From the NCBI GenBank assembly GCA_029978705.1, contig JAPOIY010000001.1, positions 96,382-160,381 of the forward strand: DNA of 64,000 nt, in the 5' to 3' direction. A model generated the notes under the pieces. It saw only the letters and a program-made list of their open reading frames with translations, searched no databases and had not been told where the DNA came from. The translations under genes were made by a program, and so were the position numbers. Below, one piece after another: positions 56,651-64,000 of the stretch. Numbering within the stretch: the first letter of the stretch is position 1; each line of letters opens with the position of its first letter. The DNA comes from Actinomycetota bacterium (GTDB lineage: Bacteria; Actinomycetota; Actinomycetes; S36-B12; GCA-2699445).

Positions 56651-59068
56651 GTGACTGAACTGCTCCTGGGCCGGACCGCCGGTCCTGCGGAAGAGACTCC
56701 GACGGACGTGACGGTGGAGACCGGGGATCTGGTGACCCACGGTGTCATCGTCGGCATGACCGGGTCCGGCAAGACCGGTCTCGGGGTGGTGCTGATCGAG
56801 GAGTGCCTCCGGGCCGGGGTCCCGGCCATCCTGTTCGACCCGAAGGGGGACCTCACCAACCTGGCCCTCGTCTTTCCCGGACTCACCGGTGCAGAGTTCG
56901 AGCCGTGGGTCGATCCCGCCCAGGCCAAGGCGGACGGGACCGACCTGGCGACGTTCGCGGAGAAGCAGGCCACCCTTTGGCGGGAGGGGCTCGCACCGTG
57001 GGGGATCGGGACCGAGCAGCTCCAGCAGTTCCAGGACACCCACGACGTCGTCATCTACACGCCGGGGTCGACCGCGGGTGTGCCGCTGAACGTGCTCGGT
57101 TCCCTGACGGCGCCGCAGACCGACGACCCCGAGGTTCTCACCGACGAGATCGAGGGCTACGTGACCAGCCTGCTGAACGTGGTCGGGATCGCGGCGGATC
57201 CGCTGTCCTCCCGCGAACACATCCTGTTGAGCAACATCATCCACGCGGCCTGGACCAACGGTGAGGACATCGACCTGCCGACCCTGCTCGCCCGGGTACA
57301 GCAGCCGCCCATGCGCAAACTGGGGGTGTTCGATCTGGACCAACTGTTCCCCCCGAAGGACCGTCTGGATTTCGCGATGCGGCTGAACGCAGTGCTCGCG
57401 GCGCCCGGGTTCCAGAACTGGATCTCCGGCGAGCCGATCGACATCCAGCAGATGCTGTGGGGTCCCGACGGGCGCCCCCGGTGTGCGGTCGTCACCACGG
57501 CCCACCTGTCCGACGAGGACCGGCAGAGTGCCACGTCGCTGATCCTCGCCAAGGTCGTGACCTGGATGCGGCGCCAGAGCGGGACGACTGATCTGCGGGC
57601 CCTGCTGTACATGGACGAGGTCGCTGGGTACCTGCCGCCGACGGCCAGTCCACCCACCAAGAAGCCGATCATGCTGTTGATGAAGCAGGCCCGGGCCTTC
57701 GGCCTGGGTGTGGTGCTCTCCACGCAGAACCCCGTCGACGTCGACTACAAGGCGATCAGCAACGCCGGGACGTGGCTGATCGGCCGCCTCACCACGGAAC
57801 GGGACAAGGCGCGCCTGCTGGAGGGGATGTCGACGGCCGCTGGCGGTGTGGACGTGGCGGCCATCGGCGACAGCATCTCCGGATTGGGCAAACGCCAGTT
57901 CCTGATCCGCAAGGCGGGCCGCAACGACGTGTCGACGTTCGGCACCAAGTGGGCTCGCAGCTACCTGCGGGGCCCCATGACGCGCGACCAGATCGCGCAG
58001 GTCATGACTGGTCCCGCGACCGCGGCGCAGCCCGCCACCCCGGCGCCGGTGGCGTCGGCCGGTGAGTCCCCCGCGGCCGTCCCCGAGCCGTCTGGCGCAG
58101 CGCCGGCCGTCCCCGAGCCGCCCGGCGCAGCGCCGGCCGCGACTGCGGTGGCCGACGATGAAACCCCCGTGATGCCCCAGGTCGCCGCCGGCACCCCCGT
58201 CGCCTTCCTGGACCCCGGGGCGGACTGGACTGACCAGGTGGGGGCGGTGCCCCCGACGGGGGTGGGCCCGCGTCTGGTGGCGGGAGCGGCCGCGCGGGTC
58301 CGCCTGAACTTCGACGACGCCCGCGCCGGGATCGCCCACGAGGAGGAGTACGAGGCGGTCGTCGTCCCCCTGCCCACCCAGTCCGCCGGGGTCGTTCCGC
58401 TCGCCGTGGACTACGACGACCGCGACCTGCAGCCCGACGCTCCGGCCGGCGCCCGGTACGTGTTGCCCGACGCCAAGATCGACACCAAGACCTACTGGAC
58501 GCAACTGTCGCGCGACCTGACCGATCACCTCGTCCGCAACAAGAGCGTGGCGATCTTCGCGAACAAGTCCCTGAAGGCGTACTCGCGCGTGGGGGAGACC
58601 GAGGAAGACTTCCGCACCCGGTGCTCCCAACTGGCGATGGCCGAGGCGGACAAGAAGACCGCGGCCCTGCAGAACAAATACCAGGCCCGCATCCGGACGC
58701 TGCAGACGCGCATCGCCACCGCGTCCGGCCAGGCTGAGGCCGCGGCCGCCGCCCGGACGAACGACCTCCTCGGGTCCGCCGCCTCGGTCCTCGGTGGGTT
58801 CCTGGGGGGCCGCAAGTCCACCGCCGGGATCACCTCCGCGATGCGCAAGCAGCAGGCCGCGTCGGCCCGTGCCGATGCCGCGACGGCCAAGGTCGGAGAC
58901 CTCCAGGCGCAGCTCACCGACCTCGAGGCCCAACTCACCGACGAGGTGTACGCCATCCAGCAGGACTGGCAGGCCAAGGCGGCGGAAGTCGAGACCGTGC
59001 CGATCAAGTTGGCGAAGACGGATGTCCGGATCGTCGACCTCCGCATGGTGTGGGTTCCCGTCGCATGA
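56651..59068 (+). CDS. HerA/DUF87-like P-loop ATPase with C-terminal coiled coil
   Basis: THGVIVGMTGSGKT, DPKGD, YTPGS, LYMDE, KQARAFG, STQNPVD; TAGGGT-N6-GTG. Confidence 0.88.
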   Translation: MTELLLGRTAGPAEETPTDVTVETGDLVTHGVIVGMTGSGKTGLGVVLIEECLRAGVPAILFDPKGDLTNLALVFPGLTGAEFEPWVDPAQAKADGTDLATFAEKQATLWREGLAPWGIGTEQLQQFQDTHDVVIYTPGSTAGVPLNVLGSLTAPQTDDPEVLTDEIEGYVTSLLNVVGIAADPLSSREHILLSNIIHAAWTNGEDIDLPTLLARVQQPPMRKLGVFDLDQLFPPKDRLDFAMRLNAVLAAPGFQNWISGEPIDIQQMLWGPDGRPRCAVVTTAHLSDEDRQSATSLILAKVVTWMRRQSGTTDLRALLYMDEVAGYLPPTASPPTKKPIMLLMKQARAFGLGVVLSTQNPVDVDYKAISNAGTWLIGRLTTERDKARLLEGMSTAAGGVDVAAIGDSISGLGKRQFLIRKAGRNDVSTFGTKWARSYLRGPMTRDQIAQVMTGPATAAQPATPAPVASAGESPAAVPEPSGAAPAVPEPPGAAPAATAVADDETPVMPQVAAGTPVAFLDPGADWTDQVGAVPPTGVGPRLVAGAAARVRLNFDDARAGIAHEEEYEAVVVPLPTQSAGVVPLAVDYDDRDLQPDAPAGARYVLPDAKIDTKTYWTQLSRDLTDHLVRNKSVAIFANKSLKAYSRVGETEEDFRTRCSQLAMAEADKKTAALQNKYQARIRTLQTRIATASGQAEAAAAARTNDLLGSAASVLGGFLGGRKSTAGITSAMRKQQAASARADAATAKVGDLQAQLTDLEAQLTDEVYAIQQDWQAKAAEVETVPIKLAKTDVRIVDLRMVWVPVA
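58074..58139 (+). repeat. 30-bp in-frame tandem duplication in ATPase linker
   Basis: CGGCCGTCCCCGAGCCG(TCT/CCC)GGCGCAGCGC x2.2 encoding AVPEPSGAAP/AVPEPPGAAP. Confidence 0.85.
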
Positions 59069-60306
59069 CGAGTCCCCCCGACGCCGCGGAGGTCGTCGTC
59101 GTCGGAGCCGGCCTGGCCGGTCTCAACGCCGCCCGCGAACTGCGCCTGGCGGGCGTGGACGTGGTGGTGCTCGAAGGCGCACCGGAGGTGGGCGGTCGGG
59201 TCAGCACCGACATCGTCGACGGGTACCTGCTGGACCGTGGGTTCCAGCTCTACAACCCGGCCTATCCGGAGGGGCGCCGGGTCCTCGACTACGAGGCTCT
59301 CGACCTGCAGGCCTTCGGCCGCGGCGCGTCGGTGCGCCTCCCGGGCCGTTCGGTCGAGGTGGTGGACCCGCGGTCGCGGCCGCAGAACGCGTGGCGCCTG
59401 CTGCGGGTGCCCGGCGGTCCTCTGGCCGGTGCCCGCTTCGCGCGATACGCGGCTACCTGCGGCTACCGGCCCGTCGCCGGCATCAAGGAGCGTCCCGATG
59501 CCGAGACCGGGGTGGTGCTCCGCAACACCGTGCACAGCCGCGCCATGCTGGAGGAACTCCTGCGTCCCTTCCTGGCCGGGGTCCTCGCGGATTGGCCGTT
59601 GACCACCAGCCGCCACTACACCGATCTCGTGCTGCGGTCGTTCGTTCGGGGCACCCCGTCGCTGCCCGCGGGCGGCATGGCGCAGATCCCCCGCGGTCTG
59701 GCCCTCGCCGTCGGCAGCGACCGCATCCACTGCGATGTGCCGGTCCGGTCCGTCACAGCCGACCGGGTGCACCACGACGGCGGCTCGCTGCGGGCGGCAC
59801 ACGTGATCGTGGCAACCGACGGGGGGACCGCCGCCCGCCTGGTGCCCGGTGTTCCCGAGCCGCACGTCAGTGCCCTGACAACGTGGTACTTCGTGGCCCG
59901 CCCCGACGAGTTCCCCGGGGACCCCCGCCTCCTGGCCGTCGACGGCGCCCGGCGCGGGCCCCTGGCCAACGTGGCTGCCGTGTCCGCAGTCGCTCCCGGC
60001 TATGCCCCCGGCGCCGGTCTGCTCATCGCCGCCAGCGCCGTGGGCCGTCACGGAGACGAGCCCGCGGTGCGCAACCAGCTGTCGCAGATGTTCGGGAGGG
60101 CCGCCGAACGGTGGCCACTGCTCGCCCGGTACGAGATCCCCCGAGCTCTGCCGCATTTCCCGGTCGGGCAGCCGCTGGCCGGACAGCAGGACTTCGCCGG
60201 CATCCTCGTGGCCGGGGATCACCGGGACACCCCCTCCCTCCAGGGCGCCCTCGTCAGCGGGCGACGGGCCGCCCGGGCCGTCCTGGACCGGCTGGGGCCC
60301 ACCTGA
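59065..60306 (+). CDS. FAD-dependent oxidoreductase (amine oxidase/protoporphyrinogen oxidase-like)
   Basis: ATGA overlap; GAGLAGL, GGRV.TD, LDRGFQ, AGDHRDTPSLQGALVSG. Confidence 0.9.
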   Translation: MTSPPDAAEVVVVGAGLAGLNAARELRLAGVDVVVLEGAPEVGGRVSTDIVDGYLLDRGFQLYNPAYPEGRRVLDYEALDLQAFGRGASVRLPGRSVEVVDPRSRPQNAWRLLRVPGGPLAGARFARYAATCGYRPVAGIKERPDAETGVVLRNTVHSRAMLEELLRPFLAGVLADWPLTTSRHYTDLVLRSFVRGTPSLPAGGMAQIPRGLALAVGSDRIHCDVPVRSVTADRVHHDGGSLRAAHVIVATDGGTAARLVPGVPEPHVSALTTWYFVARPDEFPGDPRLLAVDGARRGPLANVAAVSAVAPGYAPGAGLLIAASAVGRHGDEPAVRNQLSQMFGRAAERWPLLARYEIPRALPHFPVGQPLAGQQDFAGILVAGDHRDTPSLQGALVSGRRAARAVLDRLGPT

Positions 60307-60344
60307 CGGTGGTGCCGAGTGTGCGCTGCCCCGATACTGGGGCA

Positions 60345-61523
60345 GTGATGTTCCGACGCTTCGGCCGCACCGGACTCGAGATGCCGGTGTTCAGCTGCGG
60401 GGGTATGCGCTACCAGCAGTCGTGGCAGGACACCGGGCAGGAGATCGAGCCCGCCGCTCAGGAACTCCTGGCCGACACGGTCCGCACCGGCCTGGCGCAC
60501 GGTGTGACCCATCTGGAGACGGCCCGCGGCTATGGCACGTCCGAGCGGCAGCTCGGCATGCTGCTCCCCGACCTCGACCGGGACGCGCTGATCCTGCAGA
60601 CCAAGGTCTCGCCCGAGGCGTCGCCGGAGGAGTTCTCCGCGAACGTCGCCGAGTCGTTCCGGCGGCTGGGAGTCGACCGCCTGGACCTGCTGTCGCTGCA
60701 CGGGATCAACACCTGGCAGAAGCTGGCATGGGCGGTGCGCCCCGGGGGTTGCCTGGACGTGGCGCGGGAACTGCAGCAGCAGGGTCGCGTGGGCTGGGTG
60801 GGCTTCTCCACCCACGGCAGCCCGGACCTGATCGCGGCGGCCCTGGATCACGATTTCGACTACGTGAACCTCCATTGGTATTTCATCAACCGGCGCAATC
60901 AACCGGTCGTCGACCTGGCGACCGAGCGCGACATGGGAGTGTTCGTCATCAGTCCGGCCGACAAGGGGGGGCGGCTGTACGACCCGCCCGACCGTCTCGT
61001 CGAGCTGTGCGCGCCCCTGGCGCCGATCGTGTTCAACAACGCCTGGTGCCTGTCCCACCCCCAGATCCACACGCTCAGCATCGGGGCGGCGCGGCCATCG
61101 GATTTCGCGCCCATCGCGGACTCGCTGACGGCGCTGGCGGACCCGGCGGTGGTCGGTGAGGTGGCCGAGCGGCTCGCTGACGCCATGCGGGCGGCGACCG
61201 GGGTCGCCCACCCCGACGAGCTGACCGAAGGGCTGCCGGAGTTCTCCGAGGCGCCCGGCTTCATGAATCTGCAGGTGATCGTGTGGCTGCGGGCGCTGGC
61301 CCTCGGGTGGGGGCTCACCGAGTACGCCCAGGGCCGCTACCGCATGCTGGGGCAGGCGTCGGACTGGTTCCCCGGACTGTCCGCCGCGCATGCGGCGGAC
61401 TGGGACGTCACGCCGCTCGTGTCCGGCTCCCCCTACGCCGAGTCGCTGCCGGAGTGGCTGGCCGAGGCGCACGCCCTGCTGGGAGGGGAGAAGGTGGCCA
61501 GGCTCAGCCAGTCCGGACGCTAG
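60345..61523 (+). CDS. Aldo/keto reductase
   Basis: RRFGRT, FSCGGMRYQ, ETARGYGTSE, QTKV, LHGIN, GFSTHG; GATACT-N6-GTG (or ATG 60348). Confidence 0.9.
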   Translation: MMFRRFGRTGLEMPVFSCGGMRYQQSWQDTGQEIEPAAQELLADTVRTGLAHGVTHLETARGYGTSERQLGMLLPDLDRDALILQTKVSPEASPEEFSANVAESFRRLGVDRLDLLSLHGINTWQKLAWAVRPGGCLDVARELQQQGRVGWVGFSTHGSPDLIAAALDHDFDYVNLHWYFINRRNQPVVDLATERDMGVFVISPADKGGRLYDPPDRLVELCAPLAPIVFNNAWCLSHPQIHTLSIGAARPSDFAPIADSLTALADPAVVGEVAERLADAMRAATGVAHPDELTEGLPEFSEAPGFMNLQVIVWLRALALGWGLTEYAQGRYRMLGQASDWFPGLSAAHAADWDVTPLVSGSPYAESLPEWLAEAHALLGGEKVARLSQSGR

Positions 61524-62395
61524 GGCTCCTCGTTGCCCCGCACCACGAGGACCACCACGACGACTCCGATCATCAGCATGATCACGGCGATCACCCAGAA
61601 GTACGCCAGGATGTCCATCCAGGACCCGATGGGGGGGTTGCCCGGCAGACCGTTGCGCAGCGACACCAGGGCGAACACGGCACCGGTCAGCCATGCCGCC
61701 GTTCCCACCGTGAACTCCAGCCGGCGGCGCACCCCGGCGACGACAGCCGTGACGGACAGGGCGGCAAACATGATCATCAAGGCGATGAAGATGATCGCGA
61801 TGGTCCGCGTCGCGCCGTCCCGCGAGATCATCCCGGCCACGGCGTGGGGCCCGGTCGCCGACGGGGCGCCCTCGTCCTCAGGGGTGGAGTTCCAGCCCGG
61901 CACCTTGAAGAACACGGCCAGCGTCATCGGTACGGGCGGCGGATTGAGGTTGCTGCGTCCGGGTAGTTCGTGGAAGGTCCGGACCTGCACGTCGTAGACA
62001 TAGGTGTCGAAGGGGTACTGCTGCACCAGGCCCAACGCGGGGAGGTCGACCGTGACCGGGCTGGGGACCGTCCCCTTCGCGAACGTGACGGTCCGGGCTG
62101 CCAGCCCGACGACGTCGACGGCGATGTCCCGGGTCAGTCGTCCCTCCGCCGTGAGCAGGTCGGAACCGGGGTAGATCGTGAGTTCGGTGGCGACGAACTG
62201 CTGGGCCGCATCCACCGAGAATGGAACCAACTGCACCACTACCCCGTCCGCCCGGGGCGCCGGCGGCGCGAACACCTTCTCCAGCCCGCTGCGGTAGGTG
62301 GCGACGGACCACACGTACGCCGACCCGAGGCACAGGATCAGGACGGCGGCGCCCAGAATCCACCATCCCCGGACGCCGGCGCGGACCTGTGGCAC
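61520..62395 (-). CDS. DUF4436 family membrane protein
   Basis: YPFDTY, VFALVSLRNGLPGNPPIGSWMD; TACAGT-N6-GTG. Confidence 0.85.
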   Translation of the reverse strand: MPQVRAGVRGWWILGAAVLILCLGSAYVWSVATYRSGLEKVFAPPAPRADGVVVQLVPFSVDAAQQFVATELTIYPGSDLLTAEGRLTRDIAVDVVGLAARTVTFAKGTVPSPVTVDLPALGLVQQYPFDTYVYDVQVRTFHELPGRSNLNPPPVPMTLAVFFKVPGWNSTPEDEGAPSATGPHAVAGMISRDGATRTIAIIFIALMIMFAALSVTAVVAGVRRRLEFTVGTAAWLTGAVFALVSLRNGLPGNPPIGSWMDILAYFWVIAVIMLMIGVVVVVLVVRGNEEP

Positions 62396-62427
62396 GCCGC
62401 CACTGTAGGGAAGCCGAGCCCGGGTGA

Positions 62428-63630
62428 CTATGCAGCGCGCCGCCGCAGGTGGTTCATCGCTTCGGTGAGACCGTCGACCGTCAGCGGGTACATGTCGAAG
62501 ACCTGACCGATCACCTCGATGGTCGAGCCGTGCCAGTGCGTGCGCGGCTCCGGGTTCAGCCAGACGCTGCCGGGGAAGTGGTGCCGCAGGGAGGCCAGCC
62601 ATTCCAGGCCGGAGATGCCGGTGCGATCGCCCGGCCCGACAGGCCCCCGTTGCCCCAACTCGTACGGCGCCATGTAGGCGTCCCCCACCATGATCAGCCG
62701 GTAGTGACTGCCGCACTGGCGCATGAGGTCCTGCAGCCACACCGGCTCGGTGAACCGGTCGGTCTCGTAGACCTTCCCGTACGGCAGGTTGTGGAAGTAC
62801 AGGGTCCGCAGTTCCTTGAAGTGCGTCGCCTTCTTCGCGGCGCTGAACAACTGGGACATCAGCGACGCGTACGGGAACATGGAACCCCCTACGTCGATCA
62901 TGAGGATCAGGTGGGTGTCGGGGCGGCGGGGTGGTCGGGTGACGACCTCGATGTCGCCGGCGTTGCGCGCGGTCGCGTCGATCGTCCCCTCGATGTCCAG
63001 TTCCTCCTCGGCCCCCTCGCGGACGAACGCTCGCAGTCGGCGCAGCGCGACCTCCATCTGGCGGATGTCCAGCACGACGTCGGACCGGTAGCCCTGGTAC
63101 TGCCGCGCATCGGCGGTGTGGAAGGCCATCCGCCCGCCGCCCGAACTGCCGGTGCTGATGCCGCCGGGCGCGAAGCCCGCCTCGCCGAAGGGGGACGTGC
63201 CCTGGGTGCCGATCCACGTGTTGCCGCCGTCATGCCGCTCGGTCTGATCCCGTTTGCGCTGTTCGAAGAGCTCGCGCAGTTCTTCCAGGTCCAGCGACTC
63301 CAGGAAGGCGCGCTCCTCGGCGCTGAGGTCGACGGTCCCCGCCCGGGCCTCGTCGAGCCACTGGCGCAGTTCCTCGGTCAGCGTCAGCGACAGGTCCGGC
63401 ACGCCGCGGAACTCGGCGAGGAAGGCGCGGTCGTACGCGTCGAGGTGGCCCTCGTGGTGGATCAGCAGGGACCGCGCGAGGTAGTAGAAGTCGTCCAGGG
63501 AGTGGTTGTGCAGATCCCGGGCGAGCGCCTCCGCGAGCGCGACGGTCTCCTGGGTGCCGACCGGGACGCCCAACTGCCGCAGCCGGTAGACCAGCGGCAG
63601 GAAGAAGGGGCGCTCGGCCATGGTCGTCAC
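62428..63630 (-). CDS. VWA domain-containing protein (CoxE-like MoxR partner)
   Basis: HDGGNTWIGTQGTSPFG, DVGGSM MIDAS, YFHN, VGDAYMAPYE, WLNP. Confidence 0.9.
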   Translation of the reverse strand: MTTMAERPFFLPLVYRLRQLGVPVGTQETVALAEALARDLHNHSLDDFYYLARSLLIHHEGHLDAYDRAFLAEFRGVPDLSLTLTEELRQWLDEARAGTVDLSAEERAFLESLDLEELRELFEQRKRDQTERHDGGNTWIGTQGTSPFGEAGFAPGGISTGSSGGGRMAFHTADARQYQGYRSDVVLDIRQMEVALRRLRAFVREGAEEELDIEGTIDATARNAGDIEVVTRPPRRPDTHLILMIDVGGSMFPYASLMSQLFSAAKKATHFKELRTLYFHNLPYGKVYETDRFTEPVWLQDLMRQCGSHYRLIMVGDAYMAPYELGQRGPVGPGDRTGISGLEWLASLRHHFPGSVWLNPEPRTHWHGSTIEVIGQVFDMYPLTVDGLTEAMNHLRRRAA

Positions 63631-64000
63631 AGGTAGCGGCGCCGGGGGCCGCCGTTGCCGTCGTCGTCGAACGTGCGCAGGTCCTGTTCCTTCTTCAGCA
63701 GAGTGCCGAGGAAGGGCGTGTCGGTACCGCGCGGGATCTCGCTGATCCCCCGGGCCTGCAGCATCGCCAGCCAGTCGATCAGTTCGCTGGTGCTGGGCCT
63801 CTTGCGCAGCCGGTCCATGTCGCGCACGCCGTAGAACACGTCCAGGGCGTTCTGCAGGAGGTCCTCGTCCAGTCCCGGGTGGTGAACGGCCACGATGCGT
63901 CCCATGAGGTCGCGGTCGGGGAAGTCGATGAAGTGGAAGACGCAGCGGCGCAGGAAGGCGTCGGGCAATTCCTTCTCCGCGTTCGACGTGATGATCACGA
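63627..64000 (-). CDS. MoxR family AAA ATPase (5' part outside window)
   Basis: IITSNAEKELPDAFLRRC, KRPSTSELIDW, LLKKEQD. Confidence 0.92.
   Translation of the reverse strand, partial: VIITSNAEKELPDAFLRRCVFHFIDFPDRDLMGRIVAVHHPGLDEDLLQNALDVFYGVRDMDRLRKRPSTSELIDWLAMLQARGISEIPRGTDTPFLGTLLKKEQDLRTFDDDGNGGPRRRYL

Noticed and set aside
54944-58933. Very long antisense ORFs (also 39196-42492, 16887-19715, 9267-11525)
   Set aside because: Stop-poor shadow frames typical of high-GC DNA, lying opposite well-supported genes and without recognisable motifs

Overview
High-GC (roughly 70%+) actinobacterial chromosome segment, densely coding, with no recognisable prophage, IS, CRISPR array, rRNA or tRNA. 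The first ~26 kb is the conserved actinobacterial block acs / Fic-like / HAD-IB / ssd-tadABC-flp-tadE pilus locus / DUF1998 DEAD-box helicase / bldG-like anti-anti-sigma + anti-sigma / hppA / topA / tmk / holB. It carries several local insertions: a matrixin protease, terC, a peptidase + DUF3152 pair, cysK-cysE and a PspM-like gene. The rest holds cell-wall enzymes (coiled-coil NlpC/P60, two tandem Rpf-like genes, a lytic transglycosylase), trpB2, def, pirin, eutBC, a YyaL-like gene, a rhomboid-lemA-DUF2207x2 cluster, ndh, an ABC-F ATPase, transporters, a cysteine-less glutathione-peroxidase homologue next to a HerA/DUF87-like ATPase, and a MoxR-VWA pair. The most notable non-coding signals are: (i) a multi-hairpin 5' leader with twin CGGGC-YCACC-GCCCG stem-loops before the Rpf pair; (ii) an identically spaced TCCCCA direct repeat in both Tad promoter regions; (iii) 11-bp-phased GTC repeats before two cell-wall hydrolase loci; (iv) a REP/BIME-like repeat cluster; (v) a PafBC-type promoter before the helicase; (vi) apparent loss of Ms1 and 6C RNAs from their usual syntenic positions. 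All product calls come from motif recognition and synteny by eye; no database search was run.
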